NCBI GenBank assembly: GCA_022562335.1
Contig: JADFPM010000002.1
Coordinates: 1-32,904, forward strand
DNA from: Chloroflexota bacterium
Lineage (GTDB): Bacteria > Chloroflexota > Dehalococcoidia > Lucifugimonadales > UBA3495
Reading direction: 5' to 3'
DNA: 32,904 nt
This document shows, piece by piece, positions 7,809 through 17,279 of the stretch. Below the pieces are notes generated by a model. It was not told the DNA's origin. It saw only the letters and a list, made by a program, of their open reading frames with translations, and made no database searches. Position 1 is the first letter of the stretch. Every line of letters starts with the position of its first letter. Both the position numbers and the translations under genes were made by a program.

Positions 7809-8801
7809 CTAGAGCCGTTGGGCGACCCGCATGCGGGCGCTGCGGCTGCGGGGATTTTGCCTCACTTCTTCGGGCGAAGGCTTGATCACTCTTCGTGTTA
7901 CGTTTCTCATGCGCGGCTGGTGCCCACAGACGCATTCCGGCAATTCCGGCGGGCAGATACATCGGGCTGCTTCCCTGGCCAGCGCATTTTTGACCAACCG
8001 GTCTTCCAGGCTGTGATAGCTGATGACCACCAGGATCCCGCCGTGGGCCAGTACATCTACAGCTTCGGCGAGGCCGGCTTCCAGATGGTCCAACTCTCCG
8101 TTGACCGCAATGCGCAGGGCCTGAAAAGTCTTTGTGGCGGGATGGATCCTCCGGCGCGCCGGCCTCATAGACCTGGCCACGGCTTGGGCCAGTTCGCCCG
8201 TGGTATTCACCGGCCGCGAGCGGATTATTTCCCGGGCCACCGACCTGGACCGGGGCTCCTCGCCAAACCGGAAGATCAGCGAGGCCAATTCTTCTTGTTC
8301 AAGCGTGTTGACGATCTCAGAGGCGGTCAAAGATTGCTGCGGGTCGTACCGCATATCCAGGGGTTCGTCCCTTTGGAAACTAAAACCGTAGCCCGGAGTT
8401 TCGATATGCCGGGAGGAAAACCCCAGGTCCATCAACACCCCATCCACCTGAGAAACGCCATTGGACCGGCATATAGCGGCCATCTGGCTGTAGTTGCCCT
8501 GGATGGGTATGAACCGGCTTTCGTAATGGGCCAGGCGCCGCTCCGCCCGGACCAATGAGCGAGGATCCCGATCGATGCCAAGCACCCGGCCGCCGGGCGC
8601 CGACCGATCTAATATCGCCAGAGCATGGCCGCCCTCTCCCACCGTGACATCCAGATAGATCCCGCCATCGCGGGGCGACAATCGATCCAGCGTCTCCTGG
8701 AGGAGTACGGGCTGATGATAGTCCGTAGTATTCCAGTCCGGCTCGGCCTGGTGGGCTGGGCCACTCAAATTAACTTCCCTGCCAATGGTCGCGAGGGTCA
8801 C
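7809..8801 (-). CDS. rsmH: 16S rRNA (cytosine1402-N4)-methyltransferase RsmH (MraW)
   Basis: Family motifs: 'HQPVLLQETL', 'YLDVTVGEGGHA', 'DGVLMDLGFSS', 'FSFQRDEPLDMR', 'HPATKTFQALRIAVN', 'ISYHSLEDRLVK' and 'NPRSRSARMRVA'. The GTG start follows AGGAGACACG. Confidence 0.9.
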   Translation of the reverse strand: MTLATIGREVNLSGPAHQAEPDWNTTDYHQPVLLQETLDRLSPRDGGIYLDVTVGEGGHALAILDRSAPGGRVLGIDRDPRSLVRAERRLAHYESRFIPIQGNYSQMAAICRSNGVSQVDGVLMDLGFSSRHIETPGYGFSFQRDEPLDMRYDPQQSLTASEIVNTLEQEELASLIFRFGEEPRSRSVAREIIRSRPVNTTGELAQAVARSMRPARRRIHPATKTFQALRIAVNGELDHLEAGLAEAVDVLAHGGILVVISYHSLEDRLVKNALAREAARCICPPELPECVCGHQPRMRNVTRRVIKPSPEEVRQNPRSRSARMRVAQRL

Positions 8802-9121
8802 CGTGTCTCCTGGCCATTATGATTGCCCCTTGGCCCGCCTCTTATATAAAGGCATGCCAGAGTGAGCTCTTGATACCCGGCGCCAATGGTTCCGGTTATG
8901 TCTTGGCGAGATTGCCCCGCAAAGATCGTTGACGCCTGTGAACCAGGATTCAGCGGCCGCCCAAATAACTTTAGGGGAGGGCCGAGTTGGCCGCAGCATG
9001 ACCGGCAGTCCAGCCTGCAGCGGCAACGTCCCAGGGAGAGGTTTTACCCATCTGCCCCAAATCGCAATACAAAACGATATAGCCAAGGTACCAACCGGCC
9101 CTTGTTTATGTCAACGAAATT

Positions 9122-9150
9122 TTGGGCGGATTTTAATCAATATTTAAAAT
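9122..9150 (+). promoter_or_regulatory. Candidate promoter for tig
   Basis: TTGGGC, a 17-nt spacer, then TAAAAT on the plus strand, ~180 nt upstream of the preferred tig start. Confidence 0.3.
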
Positions 9151-9331
9151 TCGCCCCAAAATACGACCCCGCTTTCCCGGTCGGCTTCAAACGCCGGCGG
9201 GGCCACCCCCACGCGCCTCGCCACCTTCTAAGGGGTCCGTGACTATGCTATACTTGAACCACCGCAAGCTGGCCTCGCTCCGTACCTGGGGAAAGCCGGT
9301 TGTAGACTGTGAACATCGGAGAAGATTGCCG

Positions 9332-10726
9332 GTGAACGTCACCAAGGAGTCGGAAAGCCCCACCGAGATCACCCTTAACATATCCATGGATTCGGACGAT
9401 GAAGAACCTTTCATCGGCCGTTCCTACCGCAGACTTGTCAGCCGCATCCAAATCCCCGGTTTTCGGCCTGGTAAAGCTCCTCGCTCCATAGTCGAAAGAC
9501 ACGTGGGGCGCGCGACATTGGTCCAAGAAGCCCTGGAATTCATGATTCCCGAGACCCTGGACCAGGTATTAAAGGACGAAGACCTTAAGGCTTTCGCCGA
9601 ACCCCAACTGGAAATCTTGGAAGTGGAGCCCGTTTCGTTCAAGGCAGTGGTGCCGCTGGAGCCCATCGTGGATCTGGGTAACTTCCGGGAAATCCGGCTG
9701 GACAAAGATGAGGTGAACGTCACCCAAGAGGAGGTGGCGGAGGTCTTGGAGCAACTTCGGTTAGAGTCGGCTCCCTGGGAGCCTGCGGACCGCCCTGCCA
9801 AATTCGGTGACTTGTTGAACCTCAATGTCACCGGGACCATTCTTGGAGAACAAGTCATCAAAGACGAAGGGATCGACTTCCTTCCCGAGTTGGAGAATCC
9901 CCTGCCCATCCCCGGTTTTTCGGTTCATTTAGAAGGAATGACCGAAGGCCAAGAGAAAGAATTCACCCTCAATATCCCAGAAGACTCCCCCCAAGGGGAT
10001 TACGCTGGCAAGGAATGCGATCTTTTGGTAGAGGTCCTTTCCATAAAGGAAAAGAACCTGCCGGAACTGGATGACGAATTCGCCAAAGGGATTCGCGATG
10101 GCTACGAAAGCCTGGAAGCCCTGAGGGAAGACGTCGAGACCCGGCTGATAGCCGACGGCGAATCGGCCGCCATCCGCCGCTTGGAACAGGCCGGTATGGA
10201 AGAGTTGTTGAAGACCGCCTCGATCCAAGCTTCCGACCTGGTCTATCAACGGGAAATGGACATGATCCGGGAAGACCGGGAACGCGCCATACGCAGCCAG
10301 CGCTTGGACATGGACACCTACCTCAGTCACTTAGGCCAAACTCCGGAGGAATGGCAAGAGCAAATACGTCCCCAGGCTGAAGAACGGCTCAAGAGCTACC
10401 TGGTGCTGCGCAAGTTGGCCGAGGAAGAGGGCCTGGAGGTTTCCGACGAGGAGATCGATACAGAGATAGATACCGTCTCGGCTTCTTCCCGTGAATCAGA
10501 AGATACGATACGGCAGATCTTCTCCACTGAAAGTTCCAGAGAGTCCCTTCGTTCGTCGCTGTTGAACCGGAAAGTGATGGCCCGGCTGGTGGAGATCTTC
10601 CAGGGCGAAGCCGCAGTGAAAAACGCCGAAGCCGGCGGCGAGCCCGAGCCGCCTCAGGATGCCGAAGAAATCACCACTCCAGAACCTGACCTGGACCAAC
10701 AAGGAGCAGACCCTAATGCCAGCTGA
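9332..10726 (+). CDS. tig: Trigger factor
   Basis: '[20 protein letters not shown]...' and '[21 protein letters not shown]' match the ribosome-binding N-domain signature (GFRxGxxP). An acidic C-terminal arm follows. I prefer the GTG at 9332, downstream of GGAGAAG, over the longest-ORF GTG at 9239. Confidence 0.85.
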   Translation: MNVTKESESPTEITLNISMDSDDEEPFIGRSYRRLVSRIQIPGFRPGKAPRSIVERHVGRATLVQEALEFMIPETLDQVLKDEDLKAFAEPQLEILEVEPVSFKAVVPLEPIVDLGNFREIRLDKDEVNVTQEEVAEVLEQLRLESAPWEPADRPAKFGDLLNLNVTGTILGEQVIKDEGIDFLPELENPLPIPGFSVHLEGMTEGQEKEFTLNIPEDSPQGDYAGKECDLLVEVLSIKEKNLPELDDEFAKGIRDGYESLEALREDVETRLIADGESAAIRRLEQAGMEELLKTASIQASDLVYQREMDMIREDRERAIRSQRLDMDTYLSHLGQTPEEWQEQIRPQAEERLKSYLVLRKLAEEEGLEVSDEEIDTEIDTVSASSRESEDTIRQIFSTESSRESLRSSLLNRKVMARLVEIFQGEAAVKNAEAGGEPEPPQDAEEITTPEPDLDQQGADPNAS

Positions 10727-11429
10727 CCCTTTCAACCCCTTTAGCGACATCAATGGCCAAAACGCCCAGCCGGTAAGCAATGAAGGCATCTTCATCCCCC
10801 AAAATATCATCCCCATGGTCATCGAGACCAGCCCCAGGGGTGAGCGGGCCTTCGACATATATTCTTTGCTGCTCAAAGAGCGCATCATTTTTTTGGGGAC
10901 CCCCATCAACGACAACGTGGCCAATACCATAATCGCCCAGTTGTTGTACCTGGAGAGAGAGGATCCCGATAAAGGCATCAATCTTTACATCAACAGCCCT
11001 GGAGGCGTCATCAGCTCCGGTTTCGCCATCTACGACACCATGAAGCTCATCAGTCCCGAAGTTTCGACCATCTGCCTGGGCATGGCGGCCAGCATGGCCA
11101 CGGTGCTGCTGGCCGGCGGACAAAAGGGCAAACGTTATACCTTGCCCAACTCCACCGTTCACATGCACCAGGCCATGGGCGGCGCCCAGGGCCAGGCCAG
11201 CGACATCGAGATCGCCGCTCGGGAGATACTCCGCCTGCAGGACAAGCTTCGCACCATCCTGTCGGAAAACACCGGGCAAACCTACGAGAAGATCACCCAG
11301 GACACCGACCGCGATTACTACCTGTCGGCCGAGCAAGCCGTAGAATACGGTTTGGTGGACGAGTTGCTGGGCAAATCCCCGGCTAAAATTAATTCTGATA
11401 ATGCTGAAAAGAAGGAGAAGTCTTCTTAA
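10716..11429 (+). CDS. clpP: ATP-dependent Clp protease proteolytic subunit ClpP
   Basis: Family motifs: '[30 protein letters not shown]', '[18 protein letters not shown]', 'GMAASMA' and '[17 protein letters not shown]'. The ATG at 10716 follows AAGGAG and overlaps the tig stop by 11 nt. Confidence 0.9.
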   Translation: MPADPFNPFSDINGQNAQPVSNEGIFIPQNIIPMVIETSPRGERAFDIYSLLLKERIIFLGTPINDNVANTIIAQLLYLEREDPDKGINLYINSPGGVISSGFAIYDTMKLISPEVSTICLGMAASMATVLLAGGQKGKRYTLPNSTVHMHQAMGGAQGQASDIEIAAREILRLQDKLRTILSENTGQTYEKITQDTDRDYYLSAEQAVEYGLVDELLGKSPAKINSDNAEKKEKSS

Positions 11430-11511
11430 AGTGGTTCCCGGGTCAGCTCCGGGTTTTATTCTGGGTTTGACTCCGGGATGATTTCCGGATATTTCCTAGC
11501 TCTGGGGGTGT

Positions 11512-12804
11512 GTGGTGGCCAACGGTAGGAACGGGCCCAGGATTTCGCGTTGCTCATTTTGTGAAAAGAGCCAAAGGCCTGCCCAGTTGGTGGTGGCCGG
11601 CCAAGGCCGGTCAGCGGTCTGTTACGAATGCATTCGGGTCTTGAACCAATTGATGGAAGAAGACCCGCCACCGCCCCCGGCGGAACCGGAAACGAAGTCT
11701 CCCTTGGTCCCTCGGGACATCAACGCCAACCTGGACGCCTATGTGGTGGCCCAGGAAAAAGCCAAGAAAATCCTGAGCGTGGCCGTTTACAACCATTACA
11801 AACGTATTTGGAATGATGCCAATCCAACCGGCGTCGAACTGGAGAAAGCAAATATCCTCCTGATCGGCCCCACCGGTTGCGGCAAGACCCTCTTGGCGGA
11901 AACCCTGGCCCACACCTTGGATGTACCCTTTGCCGTATGTGACGCCACTTCATTGACCGAATCGGGCTACGTGGGCGAGGATGTGGAAAACATCTTGCTG
12001 AGGCTGATCCAGGCTGCGGACTGGGACGTGTCCCTGGCCGAGAATGGCATCATCTACATCGACGAATTGGACAAGATAGCCCGCAAAGAGGGCGTAAACC
12101 GGTCCATCACCAGGGACGTGTCCGGCGAAGGAGTCCAGCAGGAGCTCTTGAAGATCATCGAAGGTTGCGTCGCCAACGTCCCTCCCCAGGGCGGCCGCAA
12201 ACATCCTCACCAGGAGTTCTTGCAGATAGACACCAGGAATATTCTCTTTATCTGCGGCGGCGCCTTCGACGGATTGGAAGAGATCGTATCCCGAAGGCTG
12301 GCCTCGGGGGTGTCCCGCCTGGGATTCTTGGCCGGCGGCCGGATCCAGGAGGAAACCCAGAACAGCATCCTTAGCCAAATGGTGCCCCAAGACCTGCTGG
12401 AGTTCGGCTTTATACCGGAAATGGTGGGACGGCTGCCGGTGACGGTGGCCCTGGAGCCCCTGGACCGCAACGCTCTGATGCGCGTGTTGACCGAGCCCAA
12501 AAACGCCATCATCAAGCAATACCAGCAGCTATTCAGCATCGACGGGGTGGAACTGGAATTCACCCAAGACAGCCTGGAAGCCGCCGCCGACAGCGCCGTG
12601 GGCCATCCCACCGGCGCCCGGTGTCTCCGCCATATCATCGAATGCGCGCTTCTGGACGTGATGTACGAGCTTCCTTCCCTGAAGGACGTGGTCCGTTGCG
12701 TGGTCGACAGGGACGTTATCGAAGGGAATAATACCCCGACGCTGGTGACCAAAAGCGGGGAAAGTTTCAACCTCTCGCTGGACCGGGAGCTTAAATCCGC
12801 CTGA
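11512..12804 (+). CDS. clpX: ATP-dependent Clp protease ATP-binding subunit ClpX
   Basis: N-terminal zinc module 'CSFCEKS...CYECI', Walker A '[11 protein letters not shown]', Walker B 'IIYIDELDK' and '[13 protein letters not shown]'. GTG start. Confidence 0.95.
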   Translation: MVANGRNGPRISRCSFCEKSQRPAQLVVAGQGRSAVCYECIRVLNQLMEEDPPPPPAEPETKSPLVPRDINANLDAYVVAQEKAKKILSVAVYNHYKRIWNDANPTGVELEKANILLIGPTGCGKTLLAETLAHTLDVPFAVCDATSLTESGYVGEDVENILLRLIQAADWDVSLAENGIIYIDELDKIARKEGVNRSITRDVSGEGVQQELLKIIEGCVANVPPQGGRKHPHQEFLQIDTRNILFICGGAFDGLEEIVSRRLASGVSRLGFLAGGRIQEETQNSILSQMVPQDLLEFGFIPEMVGRLPVTVALEPLDRNALMRVLTEPKNAIIKQYQQLFSIDGVELEFTQDSLEAAADSAVGHPTGARCLRHIIECALLDVMYELPSLKDVVRCVVDRDVIEGNNTPTLVTKSGESFNLSLDRELKSA

Positions 12805-12840
12805 CCCTGGGGTAGAGCCTGCCTATGGTTCGATCGTGAC

Positions 12841-13665
12841 CTAAGGCCGGGCCAGATCGCGGCCGATGGCACGATCGATCTCCTGGTCCAACCTCAGACC
12901 GCCAGGCGAGCTCACTGCCAATGGCCGGCCCGCTTGGTCAAGCACCTGTCCGTCTTTGATCTGCACCCTGCCATCGGCCACCGCCCGCAGTGTCTCCGAT
13001 AGAAGGTACGGTTCCTTCCGGTACTCAGCCTGCCGAATCAGTTGGAACAAGGGATAATCCTCACCATGCGACTCTTTCACTTGTCCCAGGTCTTGCCCTG
13101 ACAATTCGCGCCAATGGGAGGCGAAGTCTTCGCCGGTGATGGGAACAGTGCAGTGGGAAATCACCGGTCCCCGGTCCACGTCCTCGGTGGCCAGGTGCAC
13201 CATTGCCCCGGTTTGCTGGGCCCGGCTTGCCATAAGGTCCCAAATCACCTCCTGCCACGTACCGGTGGGGCCGTCGGGCAGGGCAGGGTGGAGATTCAAT
13301 AGGGAATACCGGCGGCACATGGCGCCACCGACGATGAGCATATAACCCGCCAACACGCAGATATCGGGCCGGTAGCCATCTAAGCATTCCATCACCAGGA
13401 CGTCGAATTCCTCCCGATGCTGGGCGAATGGGCCGCGCTTGCCCTTACGGAATTTGGCCGATGAAAGGGTCTCCAGAGGGAGACCGTACTCTTTTACCGA
13501 TTGGAAATACCGGTCGGAGCCGTCGGCCTCCCCCGGCTCACGGTTACTGAAAACGTAATCTATACGGGCGTCCAGGCAGCCCAGCCGAATACGCTCTTGC
13601 ACGAACCGGAGCAAACCCAAGGACCCCTCGCCCCTTCCCGTGGAAAACCACCCGATGCTTAGCAT
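12841..13665 (-). CDS. PurN-like formyltransferase-domain protein (GAR transformylase family) with C-terminal extension
   Basis: 'ICVLAGYMLIV', 'LNLHPALPDGPTG' (the N-x-H catalytic motif) and 'ATEDVDRGPVI' (catalytic Asp). I chose the ATG at 13665 (MLSIGWFSTGRGEGS). The ORF upstream to 13761 looks like read-through. Confidence 0.7.
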   Translation of the reverse strand: MLSIGWFSTGRGEGSLGLLRFVQERIRLGCLDARIDYVFSNREPGEADGSDRYFQSVKEYGLPLETLSSAKFRKGKRGPFAQHREEFDVLVMECLDGYRPDICVLAGYMLIVGGAMCRRYSLLNLHPALPDGPTGTWQEVIWDLMASRAQQTGAMVHLATEDVDRGPVISHCTVPITGEDFASHWRELSGQDLGQVKESHGEDYPLFQLIRQAEYRKEPYLLSETLRAVADGRVQIKDGQVLDQAGRPLAVSSPGGLRLDQEIDRAIGRDLARP

Positions 13666-13822
13666 ATCCTCCCAACCCTCTCCCCATATTAGCGATGTTG
13701 TGACGTTGATTCCAATGCCCTTATGAACTGGAGCAGAGGATGTGGCCACGCCCAGTCTCAAAGTTTTTGGCTCGGCCTATTTGGGATATATCTCGAATCC
13801 GTCTTTCCTAAATAGACCATCC

Positions 13823-13884
13823 GTTGACAGGCTCAGGACGAACCGGCAGAAAATCTCTCTCCGTTCGTGGTGAGCTTGTCGAAC
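13823..13884. repeat. Imperfect inverted repeat (REP-like palindromic element) between xseB and the PurN-like gene
   Basis: Arm 1 is GTTGACAGGCTCAGGACGAAC (13823-13843). Arm 2 is GTTCGTGGTGAGCTTGTCGAAC (13863-13884). They are complementary apart from 1 indel and 3 positions that become G-U pairs in RNA. Confidence 0.45.
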
Positions 13885-13902
13885 CACTTTTTGGATAGGC
13901 AT

Positions 13903-14208
13903 CTACAACAAAAGTTCATCTTGCGGCGGTTCATCGGCATCTGGGTCGTCTGGGTCTTGCCCGCCCTGGTCATTCGGCCCCCGAGAGTAGGAATCCTTTA
14001 GGTTGGTGATCTTCAACTCAGCGGCTTCCAGAAGCTGGTTGCACCGATGCACCAGCACCATGCCCTGTTCGTAGCGGTCGGTGGCATCCGACAGCGTCAG
14101 TCCACCGGCGTCCAGCGATTCGGCCAGTTCGCCCAACCGCTGGAATGCCTGTTCAAAGGAAAGGGAGTCGACATCCAGCGCCGGTTCGCTGCTGGGGTCA
14201 TCGGCCAT
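13903..14208 (-). CDS. xseB: Exodeoxyribonuclease VII small subunit
   Basis: 'SFEQAFQRLGELAESLDAGGLTLSDATDRYEQGMVLVHRCNQLLEAAELKI' is a typical XseB helical hairpin. It lies directly downstream of xseA. RBS AGGAGGG. Confidence 0.85.
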   Translation of the reverse strand: MADDPSSEPALDVDSLSFEQAFQRLGELAESLDAGGLTLSDATDRYEQGMVLVHRCNQLLEAAELKITNLKDSYSRGPNDQGGQDPDDPDADEPPQDELLL

Positions 14209-14272
14209 GTTTTTACCCTCCTAAGCTGCTGGGGAGGTGAAATACCCCGGAGGCGGAATCACTCCGGTGCGC

Positions 14273-15532
14273 CTACAACAGCCGATTCATCCCTGCCCCT
14301 TGTGGAGCGGTCCGGCGTTTTTTGCCCGGGGTTTTGGGCGCTTTGGCCATCGTTCCACCGTCGGCGGTGGCTGGAATGACCCCGTCGGTCACGGTGATGG
14401 TCAACCCATCGCCAGCCGCCACCTGGGCGGTGGCCGTCACGACCTGATTCGAGCCGGCCTTTTGGACGACCGAAAATCCTCGCTTCAAGGTGGCCATCGG
14501 GTCCAGCGCGCCCAGCTGCAGGCGGATGCTTTCCACTTGGCCCTTGGCCAGGGCGAGGCGGCCCGACATGGCGGTGCCTGCTATTCGAGACAGGTCATCC
14601 ACCCGCCGCCGCCAGGTCTCTCCATCGGGCAATCCGCTTTCCAACCGTCGGACCATCCTGGCCACCTCGGCCCGGTTGGTTTGAAGCAGGTACGCCATGG
14701 CCATACCAGACCGGTCCTGATAATCGTCCAGCTCCCGGCGCAACGCCCAACTATCGGGGACCACCAATTCGGCTGCCGCCGATGGCGTTGGCGCCCGCAC
14801 GTCGGCCACCCAGTCGATTATGGTGAAATCCGTCTCGTGGCCGATGGCGCTGACCACCGGTATGCGGCTGGCGTGGACCGCCCTGGCCACCGCTTCTTCA
14901 TTGAACGGCCAAAGGTCTTCCAGGGACCCGCCGCCCCGGGCGACGATTATCACATCCGCCCGGCCGTCGCGGTTCAAGGCTTCCAGCGCAGCCACGATGT
15001 TTTCCGCGGCGCTGGGACCCTGAACGACGGTGGGCGACAAGACCAGCTCCACCAGGGGATACCGCCGCTGGATGACGTTTTGGATGTCGTGGAACACGGC
15101 CCCCGCCGGGGATGTGACCACCCCGACCACCTGGGGGAATTTGGGTAAGGGCCGTTTGCGGGTATCCTCGAACAGGCCCTCTTCCTCCAACTGGAGCCTC
15201 AACCGTTCCAACTCCAGATGCAGTTCGCCCAGACCTTCCGGCATGGCCAGGTCGACCATGAAATCGGTGGTGCCGCCGCGTTCGTAAAAGGTGATGTGCC
15301 CATGGGCCGACAGGGCGGATCCTTCGGTCAGCAACTCGGACCCGGGTTGCCCTTTGAACATGACGCAGCGCAACACGCTCTGCTCATCTTTCAGGGTGAA
15401 GTAAGAGTGCCCGGCGGAGGAAACTCGTAGGTTGGAAGCCTCGCCCACCACCCACAGGTCGGCCAAAAGGGGGTCGCCTTCCATTTTTTGCCGCAGGTGA
15501 GCGGTCACCTGGGCGACGGTGTAGACTGCCAC
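14273..15532 (-). CDS. xseA: Exodeoxyribonuclease VII large subunit
   Basis: OB-fold N-terminus 'VGEASNLRVSSAGHSYFTLKDE'. Catalytic region 'GVVTSPAGAVFHDI', 'VARGGGSLEDLWPFNEE', 'PVVSAIGHETDFTIIDWVADVRAPTPSAAAE'. GTG start 4 nt after the efp stop. Confidence 0.9.
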   Translation of the reverse strand: MAVYTVAQVTAHLRQKMEGDPLLADLWVVGEASNLRVSSAGHSYFTLKDEQSVLRCVMFKGQPGSELLTEGSALSAHGHITFYERGGTTDFMVDLAMPEGLGELHLELERLRLQLEEEGLFEDTRKRPLPKFPQVVGVVTSPAGAVFHDIQNVIQRRYPLVELVLSPTVVQGPSAAENIVAALEALNRDGRADVIIVARGGGSLEDLWPFNEEAVARAVHASRIPVVSAIGHETDFTIIDWVADVRAPTPSAAAELVVPDSWALRRELDDYQDRSGMAMAYLLQTNRAEVARMVRRLESGLPDGETWRRRVDDLSRIAGTAMSGRLALAKGQVESIRLQLGALDPMATLKRGFSVVQKAGSNQVVTATAQVAAGDGLTITVTDGVIPATADGGTMAKAPKTPGKKRRTAPQGAGMNRLL

Positions 15533-15536
15533 GGCG

Positions 15537-16103
15537 CTAGCTTACCCGCTCGGTATATTCTCCGTTGCGAGTATCCACCCGCACGACGGTGCCGGGGGTG
15601 ATGAACATGGGCACGGTGATACGCAGCCCAGTTTCCAAAGTGGCTGGTTTATTGCCTCCCTGAGCGGTGTCGCCACGGAAGGCGGGAGGCGTATCTTTGA
15701 CTTCCAACTCTACGTGGGTGGGCAGGTTTATATTGATGGCGTTGCCCTTATAGAAGACAACCTCGATGACCATCTGCTCTTTCAGGTAATCCAGGCTCGC
15801 ACCCAGGATCTCTTTGGTCAACTCGTATTCGTCGAATGTCTCCTGATCCATGAAGTGGTAAAACTCGCCGTCGGTGTACAGATATTGGGCCTGCCGGTTG
15901 TCCACGTCCGCCACGGAGAATGCCGTGTCGTAGCGTTGAAAGGTACGCTCCACCACCGCTCCGGAGATCAGGTTCTTGAGCTTGATGCGGGTGACGGGCG
16001 CCCTTTGCTGCATCTTGTGCCGTTCGTAGTCCATGACCTGCCAGGGCTGGCCGTCCAATTCTATGACCAGGCCTCGACTTAGATCGCTAAAGTTGATGCT
16101 CAT
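15537..16103 (-). CDS. efp: Translation elongation factor P
   Basis: Full-length similarity to EF-P: 'GLVIELDGQPWQV', 'YLYTDGEFYHFMDQETFD', 'GDTAQGGNKPATLETG', 'VPMFITPGTVVRVDTRNGEY'. Confidence 0.95.
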   Translation of the reverse strand: MSINFSDLSRGLVIELDGQPWQVMDYERHKMQQRAPVTRIKLKNLISGAVVERTFQRYDTAFSVADVDNRQAQYLYTDGEFYHFMDQETFDEYELTKEILGASLDYLKEQMVIEVVFYKGNAININLPTHVELEVKDTPPAFRGDTAQGGNKPATLETGLRITVPMFITPGTVVRVDTRNGEYTERVS

Positions 16104-16159
16104 GCCATTTCCCTCTTCCCGGCCTCCTCACTTACTGGCGCGATGATTCCCGGCATATG

Positions 16160-17227
16160 CTACTTCGACGCCTTGCTCAGTGGCGTGGCCCCGTTTTCGC
16201 CCAGGACGACTATGTCTTCGATGCGGATGCCGCCCCAGCCGGTGATGTAGATCCCCGGTTCGACGGTGAATACCATATCGGGCTCAAGGGGGTCGGTGGA
16301 CTTGGGGGCCACCCGGGGATTTTCGTGGACGGCCAAACCAACTCCATGACCCAGGCTGTGGCCAAAGTTATCACCATACCCGGCTTCAGCGATCACGCCG
16401 CGGGAAAGCTCATCGCACTCTCCGCCGCTCATACCTGGGCGCACCGTGTTGATGGCGGTGAGTTGGGCCCCCAGCACGATATCGTACACCTTGCGGAATG
16501 TATCGTCGGGCTCTCCAACCACCACCGTTCGGGTTATGTCGGAACAGTAGCCGTCTACCCTAGCCCCCATGTCGATGACGATTGGTTCGCCTTTGGAGAT
16601 CGATTTATCCGACGGCATATGGTGGGCCATGGCCCCGTTGGGCCCGGCGGCGACTATGGTGTCAAAACTTAATCCGTCGGCGCCAAATTCCCGCATGGCC
16701 ATCTCCATGCGCCACGCCACTTCGCGTTCGGTCATGCCCTCCCGGATGGTGGGGCAAACGGCTTCCATGGCCTGGTCCGATGCGTCGATGGCCTTTTGCA
16801 ACGAGGCCAGTTCGTCTTTGTCTTTGGTGATCCGCAATTCTTCGGCCAACCCGGAGGCCGCCACCAGGGAAACCTTGTCCAGTCCGGAGTCCTCTTTAAC
16901 GGCCTCTATCAGCCGGTCATAAGTGGCCACCGTCATGTTTTGACTTTCGAATCCCAAGCGCTGGACCCCGTTTTCCTTGAGCAGTCCCAATAACCAGTCC
17001 CAGCCGCCGCGAATCTGCACCACCTTAAAATCCGGCGCTTGATGGGTGGCCTGTTCGGTATACCGGGAATCGGTGAGCAAAACCGCCGTGCCCTTGGCGA
17101 TGAACAGGTACCCGGCGGAACCGGTGAAACCAGACAGGTACTGCCTGTTTTCAGGAGCGGAAATCAATATCGCGTCCAGCTCTTTTTCCGGCAGCCGTTC
17201 CACCAATCGGTCCAAGCGCTGTTTCAT
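16160..17227 (-). CDS. M24B family Xaa-Pro aminopeptidase/dipeptidase
   Basis: Creatinase-like N-domain plus pita-bread-fold metal ligands: 'IVIDMGARVDGYCSDITRT', 'GHSLGHGVGLAVHE', 'VFTVEPGIY' and 'IRIEDIV'. The aroQ-pepP-efp neighbourhood is conserved. Confidence 0.9.
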   Translation of the reverse strand: MKQRLDRLVERLPEKELDAILISAPENRQYLSGFTGSAGYLFIAKGTAVLLTDSRYTEQATHQAPDFKVVQIRGGWDWLLGLLKENGVQRLGFESQNMTVATYDRLIEAVKEDSGLDKVSLVAASGLAEELRITKDKDELASLQKAIDASDQAMEAVCPTIREGMTEREVAWRMEMAMREFGADGLSFDTIVAAGPNGAMAHHMPSDKSISKGEPIVIDMGARVDGYCSDITRTVVVGEPDDTFRKVYDIVLGAQLTAINTVRPGMSGGECDELSRGVIAEAGYGDNFGHSLGHGVGLAVHENPRVAPKSTDPLEPDMVFTVEPGIYITGWGGIRIEDIVVLGENGATPLSKASK

Positions 17228-17245
17228 TTAGCCCCTTCCTTCCAT

Positions 17246-17279
17246 TAAGACCGTTCTAAGACTAAGACCGTTCTAAGAC
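17246..17279. repeat. Perfect 17-bp tandem duplication (TAAGACCGTTCTAAGAC x2)
   Basis: Read directly: 17246-17262 equals 17263-17279. Each unit contains TAAGAC twice. The second unit contains the aroQ stop codon (17273-17275). Confidence 0.9.

Noticed and set aside
8817-9086. 89-aa ORF (-) upstream of rsmH, in the position where mraZ would be expected.
   Set aside because: It has no resemblance to MraZ (no duplicated DxxxR/SpoVT-AbrB-like halves), odd composition and no RBS.
11437-11460. Hairpin CCCGG-gtcagct-CCGGG plus TTTTATT after clpP. Also a TTGACT-17-TATTTC promoter-like site (11467-11495) before clpX.
   Set aside because: The stem is only 5 bp, and the -10 matches 3 of 6 positions. 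These are too weak to call as a terminator or promoter, and clpP-clpX may simply be co-transcribed.
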